From: Macrostomum hystrix | Taxonomy: Eukaryota > Animalia > Platyhelminthes | Reading direction: 5' to 3' | Length of the DNA stretch: 64,000 bases | Assembly: GCA_950097015.1 (NCBI GenBank) | Contig: CATNEN010000039.1 | Span: 12,276,001-12,340,000, forward strand | Shown: positions 35,589-47,240 of the stretch, piece after piece | Position numbering within the stretch: position 1 is the stretch's first letter | Layout: every line of letters starts with the position of its first letter | Program-made: the position numbers and the translations under genes | The notes under the pieces: generated by a model | Database searches by the model: none | What the model was told of the DNA's origin: nothing | The model's input: only the letters and a program-made list of their open reading frames with translations

Positions 35589-36439
35589 GTTATTGCGATC
35601 AGCAATGTCCACCAGTACTTCACACGCTAAACAGTTCTCTGCGCTTGAAACTAATTCTATTGATCGCGTCACAGGTCTCACGAAAAATAAATAAAAAAGA
35701 AGACTACAGAAAGATTTTATGCTCGGCCAAGAAACAATTAGAACGCACTGTGCCTGGGGCAGCAGTTCATGCCCAGCGAATTGCATAATTTGCTTTAAAC
35801 CACAACCAGTCGCGTTGGAATCTATCCTATCTCACACTGCTAATTGTGTCTCAAATGCTGATACTTACTCAGCTCCAGTTCTAGCAAGCACCGTTTTGTC
35901 AAGCTCGCTCTGAGAATCTTTATTATTTTCTTCTCTAGCAATTTTTATGCCAGTAAAAAAAGCTGCAGCCGTGGCTAATGTAAAAAAAGAACCGAATAGA
36001 AGTTCAAATGAAACTACATTTTTCATTGCGGCGCCACGCCTAGGCGAGTCACAGCCGATCCAACCCAGCCTATTCACAATTATCTTCTTTTTTAAGGGTC
36101 TGAGATAGTTTTGCTTTTCTATAGTTTGCAGATCTGTGCTAATTTAAGAGTCTCAGAGTAGCAACATGCCCCGTCATTTGAAACCTTTTGTGTCACCTGA
36201 GCCACAAATTAAGGCGTATGTTTACGACTATTAGCGCCGTACTAGACTTGCTACGTGAAATTATAGAATTAAGGACTTTTTTTCTTAAACATTTAAACTT
36301 ATGATTTCGTTTCGTTACATCTCATTATTTGCCAGAATTCGGGAAAACTTCTATTCAGATTAGGCCCCGGATTCGAACTTCTGACCATGTTTCTTTCTTA
36401 CCCTCTCTACTTTCTCATCTCTCTCTCCTCTTCATGCTC

Positions 36440-36915
36440 TCCTCTCGCTCCTCTTATTTCTCCCCCTTTATCTATTCTTTTTTCCCCTTGATCTCTTCTT
36501 TCTTCCACTTTATCTCTTCTTTCTCTCCCTTTGTCTCTTATTTCTTCCCCTTGATCTCTTCTTTCTTCCCCTTTATCTATCCTTTCTTTCCCTTTGTCTC
36601 TTATTTCTTCCCCTTGATCTCTTCTTTCTTCCCCTTTATCTATCCTTTCTTTCCCTTTGTCTCTTATTTCTTCCCCTTTATCTATTCTTTCTTCCCCTTT
36701 GTCTCTTCTTTTTTCCCCTTTATCTACTCTTTCTTCCCTTTTATCTACTCCTTCTTCCCCTTTATCAATTCTTTCTTCCCCTTTATCTACTCTTTCTTCC
36801 CCTTTATCTACTCTTTCTTCCCTTTTATCTACTCCTTCTTCCCCTTTATCAATTCTTTCTTCCCCTTTATCTACTCTTTCTTCCCCTTTATCTAATCTTT
36901 CTTCCCCTTTATAAA
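36440..36915. repeat. Pyrimidine-rich 21-bp tandem repeat (ttcttcccctttatctactct)
   Basis: Visible tandem copies between MTHFS and ADAM. Confidence 0.88.
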
Positions 36916-37365
36916 TTCTTTAAAGAATTAGTCTTGAAAACGGTATAATTGTAAGAATTTTATTGCAGCATTAATTTATTAAGAAGAATCACAGGTAATT
37001 TATTGATTTCCACTCACCAATAGGCTAATGCGCATGCGTACGATGCGCACAAAAATACATGATGGTCAAATTGCATAAAGATAATAAATAGGTCTCCAAT
37101 TTTTAAGAAGAGGGCGCAAAGGTGAGAAAAATGATATCGATAAGAGGATCGACGATAAGTCAGAGGAAAATGGGTGAGAAAGAAGAGGATAGGTGGGAAG
37201 AAAGTAGAGGAGAGGGGAGAAGAAAGAAGAGGAGAGGGAGGGAAGAAAGAAGAGGAGAGGGGAAGAGAGACAAAGAGCGGTGATGATAGGAAGAAACAAG
37301 GTGGTCAGTTGGAGAACAGAAAGCAGCAGATCAGAGGGTATGACAAATTGGGGTGATCATCCGCC

Positions 37366-37980
37366 TCAGTCGGTGATGATGTCATTCATTAGCTGATCAG
37401 TATCGCCAGTTGGCACATTGTCCACCAGTTGGTCGCTGAATGCGATTGCCACAGCCAGACAGGCTGGATTGGCGGCGCGGGCCCTAGCCAGGTAGCGGTC
37501 ATAGTAGCCCATACCCCGGCCTAGGCGAGTCTTGTCAGCCAGGCAGAATGCCAGCCCGGGCACAATCACCAGATCCAAGCCGCCGTTGTCTAGGCCCTCC
37601 AGTCGGCTGGGCGTCTCGGGCTCGAATCCCGGCTGACGAATGCCCCACTTGGTGAGGGGAAGGCTCGCCAGATCGTCCGGCCCGCCTACTGACAGCATCT
37701 CCATGGCACCGTTGCGGCTGTAGCGAGGCACAAACAGCTGGCGGCCGCTGGAGAATATGTCCGCCACAATGGCCTCTGTGTCAACCTCATCCGGCATGCT
37801 TAGGTACACACTGATCCTATTGGCCTTACGGTAGGCTTCGCTGCCTAGCAACCGCTTGACAACTAAGGCAGATTTTTCAACTCGCTGCTCAGCGGTCAGG
37901 CTGGCCAGGCGAGTCTTTATGAGACTGCGAAGCTGCGACTTGGCTGCCTTCACAGCGGCCGCCGCCGATTGAGCCGACAT
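37366..37980 (-). CDS. MTHFS: 5-formyltetrahydrofolate cyclo-ligase (methenyltetrahydrofolate synthetase), single exon, 204 aa (215 aa from ATG 38013)
   Basis: K..LR..IK, ISVYLSMPDEVDT, FVPRY, KWGIRQP, LDLVIVPGLAF, RLGRGMGYYDRYL, VP....D..M..I. Confidence 0.95.
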   Translation of the reverse strand: MSAQSAAAAVKAAKSQLRSLIKTRLASLTAEQRVEKSALVVKRLLGSEAYRKANRISVYLSMPDEVDTEAIVADIFSSGRQLFVPRYSRNGAMEMLSVGGPDDLASLPLTKWGIRQPGFEPETPSRLEGLDNGGLDLVIVPGLAFCLADKTRLGRGMGYYDRYLARARAANPACLAVAIAFSDQLVDNVPTGDTDQLMNDIITD

Positions 37981-38046
37981 GCCTGACTGCTGCGGATAAC
38001 GGCCGGGGCACATGAATTTTGCTTCTGAGAAAATAGTGCATGAGGA

Positions 38047-38360
38047 AGAGCCTGAGTGTGGCCTGAGTGTGGCCTGAGAGAGAGCCTGAGTGTGGCCTGA
38101 GAGAGAGCCTGAGTGTGGCCTGAGTGTGGCCTGAGGGAGAGCCTGAGTGTGGCCTGAGTGTGGCCTGAGAGAGAGCCTGAGTGTGGCCTGAGTGTGGCCT
38201 GAGGGAGAGCCTGAGTGTGGCCTGAGGGAGAGCCTGAGTGTCGCCTGAGTGTGTCCTGAGAGTGGCCTGAGGGAGAGCCTGAGTGTGGCCTGAGGGAGAG
38301 CCTGAGTGTGGCCTGAGTGTGGCTTGAGTGTGGCCTGAGGGAGAGCCTGAGTGTGGTCTG
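38047..38360. repeat. Tandem repeat of gcctgagtgtg/gcctgagRgaga units
   Basis: Visible tandem copies just upstream of MTHFS. Confidence 0.9.
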
Positions 38361-38716
38361 AGGCCCAGCAGTTGTTGTTGTTGTTAAGTAGCATTCATTC
38401 GCTTGTTGGAAAGTTGAACAAAAACAATACTTGTCCAAGTCAGGTGCAAAAAGCTCGCACAGTGACTCGCAACTGCGTAAAATAGGAACATTAGTTTTTG
38501 TAAGTGCCCCCACAATTCCTAACACCAAGAAAAGAGAGTGACAGAGACAAAGCTCTTTGTTTAATATTGTTGAAACTCTTAGATTTGCAAAACATCTAGC
38601 TGCATAGCAAATAATATTTATCACCGAGAATGAATAGGTTTTATTTAACACTATAAACATTACTGAAATGCAGTAGCATGAGCATTAACAATTTAAATAA
38701 GCAATAATCACAAAGT

Positions 38717-39188
38717 GGATGTGGGAGCTGATGACTGACTATGGGGATGTGGGAGCTGATGACTGACTATGGGGATGTGGGAGCTGATGACTGACTATGG
38801 GGATGTGGGAGCTGATGACTGACTATGGGGATGTGGGAGCTAATGACTGACTATGGGGATGTGGGAGCTAATGACTGACTATGGGGATGTGGGAGCTGAT
38901 GACTGACTATGGGGATGTGGGAGCTGATGACTGACTATGGGGATGTGGGAGCTAATGACTGACTATGGGGATGTGGGAGCTGATGACTGACTATGGGGAT
39001 GTGGGAGCTAATGACTGACTATGGGGATGTGGGAGCTAATGACTGACTATGGGGATGTGGGAGCTAATGACTGAATATGGGGATGTGGGAGCTAATGACT
39101 GAATATGGGGATGTGGGAGCTAATGACTGACTATGGGGATGTGGGAGCTGATGACTGACTATGGGGATGTGGGAGCTAATGACTGACT
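38717..39188. repeat. 28-bp tandem repeat (ggggatgtgggagctgatgactgactat)
   Basis: About 17 copies starting ~40 nt after the ARMC5 stop; probably in its 3' UTR. Confidence 0.95.
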
Positions 39189-39227
39189 AGACTGCAGGCC
39201 TGCCAATTCCGGATGTTAAGCCAAGCG

Positions 39228-42200
39228 TCAGGACATCTCGTTCAGTGCCGAGTCCATGAAGGCCGTCAGCCAGTCGTGCACCCATCGCCCGCGATCTTCG
39301 CAAAGCGACGCCAGACGACCGTCGGGTGTCAGTAGGTCGGCCAGCTCGTCGCCAAGACTGCCTTGAGCCAGCAGACGCGCCAAGCAGAGCTTTGCCAGCT
39401 CGGCGTCGCGAAACAATCCGGCGGCGGCCAGTAGGCGACTCAATGGCGATGCCGACGCCGACGATGCCGAACAGGACGAAAAGTACACAAGAGCGGCTCG
39501 CAGCAGCGCAGCCTCGGCCGCAGCCGGCAAGTCCAGCAGAAATCGGCGCCGACAAGCAGTTAAACGCAGATAGTCGGCGAGGCGGCGAAAACATTGGGAG
39601 GATCGTAGCCGTTGGCAGGGTTCGCCGGAGTCCGCGCAGCCGTAGGCCAGGTGCAGAAGGCCTTCAACGGTCGTCGAGTCGACGTCGCGCAGAGAAATTC
39701 TGGCGGCGTTGGACTCGGCGAAGCTGCCAGCCAGGAGGGCGCGGAAATAGTCGGAGCGGCGAGTCAGGACGGAGCGGTGACAGGACAGGCTCGAAGAGCG
39801 AGGATTACAAGCCTGGCCGTCAGCGTCAACAGCATCAGCGTCGTTGTCAAAGACAAGCTCAAGGTTGGGTGGTTCAACGGCCAGTCGGGCAGCTAGCTGG
39901 CACGAGAGCGGCTGCTCATGGACTTTGTCTTCACGAGTCGGCTGAAGCTTTCGTCTCAACCAGGTCAAATCATTATCTCCGCCTCGGAGCAGTAGAACCC
40001 AATCCAGCTCCTCCATATTCAACAGCGAACCGGATCCGGGCGCAGCGGTGGCGGCGTCGAGTTTCAGACTGGCAGCAATGAGATCTGAAAGGCGCCGGCC
40101 AGACGGACCCAGCCGGGTCAGGCACAGCTGCAGGAGTCGGCGCAGTCCCACACCTGCCAGTCTGGCGTCGGCTTTGTCGTCCAACTCGGCGAGGTCGCCG
40201 GCGGCGGCGAAGTCGGAATGGCGCAATAGGCGGAACAGTCTGCAAACAAAGCCGGTGGTGCGATGGACTCGGCTGACAACGGAAGCGGCTTCGACTGGCG
40301 AGTCAGCGAATTGAAAGCCACTTTGCAATTCCTGCTGCTGCTGCTGCTGTTGCTGCCGCGGTTGCCAGGGACGCAGCAGCAGGCAGGGCAGGCTGAGGGC
40401 GCAGCGGCGGCCAACGCTGACGGAGCCGGACCTGGACAGGGAGCGCAGAGTGGCCAATCCGAAGTGGCTGGCAGCGGTGGCTGCAGCTCTGTCCAGCACC
40501 TGTTTAGTGGAATGATAAAACTGTTTGATGTCACTGGGGCAGGCTAAGTTTGAGAAAAATATAGGAGAAAGATCGCCTCATGAGGCAAGGAGAGCTTTTA
40601 CTAAGAGTAGGAGAATTCAAGTTACAGCGAGGATGATTCCCACTAAGGCTAAGGAAATTTACACGAAGGCTAAGGGAATTACCACGAAGGCTAAGGGAAT
40701 TCCCACGAAGGCTAAGGGAGTTCCCACAAATACTAAGGGGATTCCCACGAAGACTAAGGTAATTCCCACAAAGGCTAAGTGGATTCCCACGAAGACTAAG
40801 GGAATTCCCACAAAGGCTAAGGGGATTCCCACGAAGGCTAAGGGAGTTCCCACAAAGGATAAGGGGATTCCCACGAAGACTAAGGAAATTCCCACAAAGG
40901 CTAAGGGGAATTCCCACAAAGGCGGTGAGAATTCCCGCTAAGGCCAAGGGAATTCTCACAAAGACGATGGGAATTACCATTCAGGCGAGGGGAACTCTCA
41001 CTAAGGCGAGGGAATTCCCACAAAGGCTAAGGGAATTCCCACTAAGGCGATGGGAATTCCTACAAAGGTGAGGGGAATTCCATTAAAGAAAAGAAGAAAC
41101 CACAAAGCAGTCTTCTAGCTTTTCTAGCTCTAGCTAGCAGAGCAGCTGAAGTTAAACGGCTGGACGCCTCACCAACCCACCTGATCCAACTCGTAGCAGT
41201 TTCCAGTTCGCCGCAGTGTCGCCTCAGCCTCGACGCTTTCGCGCATTCGTTGGCGTCGTCGAGTACTATTACAATCGGCGCAGTCCGGATCGAATCGTCT
41301 GGCCAGGACCAACACGCAGCCGGAGGACAGCAGCGGCTCCAGAGCGAATTGGCAGCCGGCCAGTTGGCGAAGGAGGCGCCAGGCGCGCTGATGCGGCCGC
41401 TGACTAACGTAGTCGACCAATCGCCGTAGCGTAGCCGATGGTTCCAATAGGCGAGGCCGAAGTCGAGCATCGCTGGCTAGCTGGGCCAGGCAGTGAAGGG
41501 CGCCGCATTCCAGATCGCTCAGGGCTACACTCTCGCCATCGGGGTCGCTAACAATGCCCTCCTCATTGTCGAATTGATCAGCTAGCGCTTCCTCTTCTGG
41601 CACAACTTCGGAGAATAGCGAGGCCGCATCGTCGTCGTAGTCGTCATCGTCGACCTGTTGTCGCGACCAAACGGCATTAGAATCAAAGTCTTCATCGCCG
41701 ATCGAAGCTAAAGATGAACTCGAAGACGACAGCGAAGACGAAGAGGCGACTGAGAACAGAGAAGACGACGGCGAGGCGGAGGAGGTGACGGAGGAAGGTG
41801 CGGGAGAGAACGGTGGCGTGGGATAGGGCGGGCTGGTCTTCGTGACAGATCCCAAAGACATAGCTGGCTTTTTGGATGAAGACAAAAGACTCTCGCCCTC
41901 GACGTCGCCCTCGGATTGATTGGCAGAAGCATCAGCAGCAGCAGCAGAAGCATCAGCAGCAGCAGCGGCGGCAGCTTCATCAACAAGCGTGTCGATCAGC
42001 GCCGATGTCAGTCCGAAGTTAACAAGTTCGGCGAGGCCTCGGCGATCGTAGACGAAGCACATTATGCAACGCATGGCGAACAAGCGAATTCTACGCTTTA
42101 GGCGATAACGCAGAGCAACGACTAAAACTCGATGACAATTGGAATTGTCGCCGGCTGGGAGCCGAACTCGCGAACAAGGATCGGCGCACAGTCGATGATA

Positions 42201-44570
42201 GGCGGCGAATGCTCGGCGCAGAACCCGACGCTGTCGACGTCGCCTTCGATGCGAGCGCTGAGAATCGGCATCGCCCTCGCCGTCAACCGATAGGCGAAGC
42301 ATCAGCAGGCGCGCCAGGCAGGTCGGGAATCCGGCTCGGAGGCAGGCCTGGCGACCGTGAGCAGACGATTGGCACATTGCCAACAACGCGTCGAAGGCCA
42401 GTCGACTAACATCGCCTTCAGGTGCCGCATAGCTGGCATTCAACATTCCATCAGCGGCTGTCACAAGCGGCTCGCAGTCCACATCGGAGGTCAGGTGCTC
42501 GGGCGGACAAGCCGGTAGAAGCTGGCCAAGCAGGCGAACAATGCTCACGATGGAGGCTGCCGATGCCGACTTTGAGCACTTGGCTGACTTGGCATGAGTG
42601 CTTGACTGCGCCTGCCGCTTGTCCGCTTCTTGTAGCGACCTGTTACATGGAGATTGGAAGCTTAATCTGAGGATCTGGGTAGGCTAATCTGAGGATCTGG
42701 GTAGGCTAACTAGAGGATCTGGGTAGGCTAATCTGTGGATCTGGGAAGGTTGGTAGGCTAATCTGAGGATCTGGGAAAGTTGGTAGGTTAATCTGAGGAT
42801 CTGGGTAGGTTAACTAGAGGATCTTGGTAGGCTAATCTGAGGATCTGGGAAGGTTGGTAGGCTAATCTGAGGATCTGGGAAGGTTAGTAGTTTAATCCGA
42901 GGATCTGGGAAGGTTGGTAGTTTAATCTGAGGATCCGGGAAGGTTGGTAGTTTAATCTAAGGATCCGGGAAGGTTGGTAGGTTAATCTGAGGATCTGGGA
43001 AGGTTGGTAGGTTAATCTGAGGATCTGGGAAGGTTAGTAGTTTAATCCGAGGATCTGGGAAGGTTGGTAGTTTAATCTGAGGATCCGGGAAGGTTGGTAG
43101 TTTAATCTAAGGATCCGGGAAGGTTGGTAGGTTAATCTGAGGATCTGGGAAGGTTGGTAGGTTAATCTGAGGATCTGGGAAGGTTGGTAGGTTAATCTGA
43201 GGATCTGGGAAGGTTGGTAGTTTAATCCGAGGATCTGGGAAGGTTGGTAGTTTAATCTGAGGATCCGGGAAGGTTGGTAGTTTAATCTAAGGATCCGGGA
43301 AGGTTGGTAGGTTAATCTGAGGATCTGGGAAGGTTGGTAGGTTAATCTGAGGATCTGGGAAGGTTGGTAGGTTAATCTGAGGATCTGGGAAGGTTGGTAG
43401 TTTAATCCGAGGATCTGGGAAGGTTGGTAGTTTAATCTGAGGATCTGGGAAGGTTGGTAGGTTAATCTGAGGATCTGGGAAGGTTAACTAGAGGATCTGG
43501 GTAGGCTAATCTGTGGATCTGGGAAAGATGGTAGGTTAATCTGAGGATCTGGGAAGGTTGGTAGGTTAATCCGAGGATCTGGGAAGGTTGGTAGGTTAAT
43601 CTGAGGATCTGGGAAGGTCGGTAGTTTAATCTAAGGATCCGGGAAGGTTGGTAGGTTAATCTGAGGATCTGGGAAGGTCGGTAGGTTAATCTGAGGATCC
43701 GGGAAGGTTGGTAGTTTAATCTAATGATTTGGGAAGGTTGGTAGGTTAATCTCTGGATCTCGGAAGGCGTCCTACCTCGCAACAGGCAGCTTGCGGGCAA
43801 ATCGTGTCAGCAGGTGTGCACAGGCACCAGCTGCGCAGAGCCGCTGCGGACCGCCAGGCAGGCGAGCCACAAGACGCAGACAGCGGATGCTGAGGTAGAC
43901 ATCGGCGTCGTCGGGAAGGTTGGTAGGTTAATCTGAGGATCTGGGAAGGTTAACTAGAGGATCTGGGTAGGCTAATCTGTGGATCTGGGAAAGATGGTAG
44001 GTTAATCTGAGGATCTGGGAAGGTTAGTAGTTTAATCCGAGGATCTGGGAAGGTTGGTAGGTTAATCTGAGGATCTGGGAAGGTCGGTAGTTTAATCTAA
44101 GGATCCGGGAAGGTTGGTAGGTTAATCTGAGGATCTGGGAAGGTCGGTAGGTTAATCTGAGGATCCGGGAAGGTTGGTAGTTTAATCTAATGATTTGGGA
44201 AGGTTGGTAGGTTAATCTCTGGATCTCGGAAGGCGTCCTACCTCGCAACAGGCAGCTTGCGGGCAAATCGTGTCAGCAGGTGTGCACAGGCACCAGCTGC
44301 GCAGAGCCGCTGCGGACCGCCAGGCAGGCGAGCCACAAGACGCAGACAGCGGATGCTGAGGTAGACATCGGCGTCGTCGGCATCTTCAGCGTCAGCGGTT
44401 GCCATAGCAACTAATTGTTCGCTAGCTTCCATAGCAACAGGCGGAGCGGCAGCCTGCAGAAGGTCGTGAATGCGTCGCTTAGCAACGAGAGCGGCACCAG
44501 GAGTGACACTTGAAGAAGACGACTTTGCTATCAAGTAACCGTTCAGCAGCGAGTCCAGCTGATTGGACAT
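39228..44570 (-). CDS. ARMC5: Armadillo-repeat + BTB protein, ARMC5-like, ~1019 aa
   Basis: Exons 44570-44242, 42639-41181, 40499-39228 (3060 nt, phases consistent). ARM-like helices and a C-terminal BTB CHRSVLTRRSDYFRALLAGSFAESN...LRDV...LLHLAYGC that fits the ARMC5 BTB pattern. Confidence 0.8.
40635..41080. repeat. Intronic minisatellite, 21-bp unit (cacgaaggctaagggaattcc)
   Basis: In ARMC5 intron 2. Confidence 0.9.
42660..44230. repeat. Intronic minisatellite, 30-bp unit (ggatctgggaaggttggtaggttaatctga), containing a 466-bp tandem duplication
   Basis: In ARMC5 intron 1; 43776-43914 duplicates exon-1 sequence 44242-44380. Confidence 0.93.
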
Positions 44571-44994
44571 TGTTGGCACTTTGAGAAGCAACTGCTACTG
44601 TTTTTGTTTAATAAAGCTAAATTCAAAGCGACACATTTGTGGCCAAGAAAAAATCTGAAATTATAATTAATTGATTTAAAGACTATTAAAATCTGGATAT
44701 GGGAAAGCAGGATAGCGAATGATTTAAATTAAAATATTTGACTAAACTTGAAGATTAAAAAACGTAAAAAAAGCCGCCTTTGAATATCATTTGCTTTGAA
44801 ATTTACTTTGCCAAAACCAAACAAAATATTACAAATAAGTGGCACAACAAATTTATGTCCAATGCGTAAGTCGATTTGCACTTTTCTATTGATTTAACTC
44901 TTTTTATGACAACATACACGTACAAAAAAAAATAATGGCTTCTGATCAAAACTTAGTGCAATTGAGTACACCGAAGGGTAGGTTTGTTGGTTAA

Positions 44995-46730
44995 GAATCA
45001 GGGTTTGAGTGCACAGGAGGTGGGGTTGATTCATTGAGAATCAGGGTTTGAGTACACTGGAGGTGGGGTTGATTCATTGAGAATCAGGGTTTGAGTACAC
45101 TGGAGGTGGGGTTGATTCATTGAGAATCAGGGTTTGAGTACAGTGGAGGTGGGGTTGATTCATTGAGAATCAGGGTTGAGTACACAGGAGGTGGGGTTGA
45201 TTCATTGAGAATCAGGGTTTGAGTACACTGGAGGTGGGGTTGACTCATTGAGAATCAGGGTTGAGTACACAGGAGGTGGGGTTGATTCATTGAGAATCAG
45301 GGTTTGAGTACAGTGGAGGTGGGGTTGATTCATTGAGAATCAGGGTTGAGTACACTGGAGGTGGGGTTGATTCATTGAGAATCAGGGTTTGAGTACACTG
45401 GAGGTGGGGTTGATTCATTGAGAATCAGGGTTTGAGTACACTGGAGGTGGGGTTGATTCATTGAGAATCAGGGTTTGAGTACAGTGGAGGTGGGGTTGAT
45501 TCATTGAGAATCAGGGTTGAGTACACAGGAGGTGGGGTTGATTCATTGAGAATCAGGGTTTGAGTACACTGGAGGTGGGGTTGATTCATTGAGAATCAGG
45601 GTTTGAGTACACTGGAGGTGGGGTTGATTCATTGAGAATCAGGGTTTGAGTACACTGGAGGTGGGGTTGATTCATTGAGAATCAGGGTTTGAGTACACTG
45701 GAGGTGGGGTTGATTCATTGAGAATCAGGGTTTGAGTACACTGGAGGTGGGGTTGATTCATTGAGCATCAGGGTTTGAGTACACTGGAGGTGGGGTTGAT
45801 TCATTGAGAATCAGGGTTTGAGTACACTGGAGGTGGGGTTGACTCATTGAGAATCAGGGTTTGAGTACACTGGAGGTGGGGTTGATTCATTGAGAATCAG
45901 GGTTTGAGTACACTGGAGGTGGGGTTGATTCATTGAGAATCAGGGTTGAGTACAGTGGAGGTGGGGTTGATTAATTGAGAATAAGGGTTTGAGTACACTG
46001 GAGGTGGGGTTGATTCATTGAGAATCAGGGTTTGAGTACACTGGAGGTGGGGTTGATTCATTGAGAATCAGGGTTTGAGTACACAGGAGGTGGGGTTGAT
46101 TCATTGAGAATCAAGGTTTGAGTACACTGGAGGTGGGGTTGATTCATTGAGAATCAAGGTTTGAGTACACTGGAGGTGGGGTTGATTCATTGAGAATCAG
46201 GGTTTGAGTACACTGGAGGTGGGGTTGATTCATTGAGAATCAGGGTTTGAGTACACTGGAGGTGGGGTTGATTCATTGAGAATCAAGGTTTGAGTACACT
46301 GGAGGTGGGGTTGATTCATTGAGAATCAGGGTTTGAGTACACTGGAGGTGGGGTTGATTCATTGAGAATCAAGGTTTGAGTACACTGGAGGTGGGGTTGA
46401 TTCATTGAGAATCAAGGTTTGAGTACACTGGAGGTGGGGTTGATTCATTGAGAATCAGGGTTTAAGTACAGTGGAGGTGGGGTTGATTCATTGAGAATCA
46501 GGGTTTGAGTACACTGGAGGTGGGGTTGACTCATTGAGAATCAGGGTTTAAGTACAGTGGAGGTGGGGTTGATTCATTGAGAATCAGGGTTTGAGTACAG
46601 TGGAGGTGGGGTTGATTCATTGAGAATCAGGGTTTGAGTACAGTGGAGGTGGGGTTGATTCATTGAGAATCAGGGTTTGAGTACAGTGGAGGTGGGGTTG
46701 ATACATTGAGAATCAGGGTTTAAGTACTGA
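44995..46730. repeat. Intergenic tandem repeat, 43-bp unit (gagaatcagggtttgagtacactggaggtggggttgattcatt)
   Basis: About 40 near-identical copies with no unique spacers. Confidence 0.97.
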
Positions 46731-47240
46731 AAGCTATGTAGCTTTGTTTAATATGATAAAGCTTTATTGGAGTTAAAAAATGCCATTAAGACGTTTAAGC
46801 CCTTAGCGAATAGGACAAACTAGTTACTTTATATAAATTTATTAGACGAAAGTGCATAGCACCTAGTAACATACATAACAATAAGTTTATAATATTAAAA
46901 CAAGAAAAATTATTTAACGCAAAAATCGAGAACATGAAATTTGAAAGATAGAATTTCAATTCTAAATAAAGCATATAAAATGCTACTCACACAATCAACA
47001 AAAGTACTGTAAGTAGCATGACGCGATGCTAAACGATATACAAGAGTGGACAACAGAAATAGTGTATGAAAGTACGAGTAAAAATAAAAAAAATCAATAA
47101 GAGCGTACATCTCAAACGAGATGCAATGAAAAACTAGCAAAAACAGAATAACAGAATAAGGTTTTGCCTTTCTATACAAAACATCCAACTGGTAATAAAT
47201 CGAGTAGACAGTTGAGAAGACAGCAGCAGCAACCAAGTGC

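Noticed and set aside
38014-38394. N-terminal extension of the MTHFS ORF to 342 aa
   Set aside because: The extension is translated tandem repeat upstream of an AG acceptor at 38025; homology starts near MSAQ
38717-39188. C/D-box snoRNA array (TGATGA..CTGA in the unit)
   Set aside because: The boxes are adjacent within a 28-bp unit, with no room for guide sequence or terminal stem
44995-46730. 43-bp regular array (also the 28-bp and 22-bp arrays) as CRISPR
   Set aside because: Head-to-tail units with no unique spacers, no cas genes, and a eukaryotic spliced-gene context
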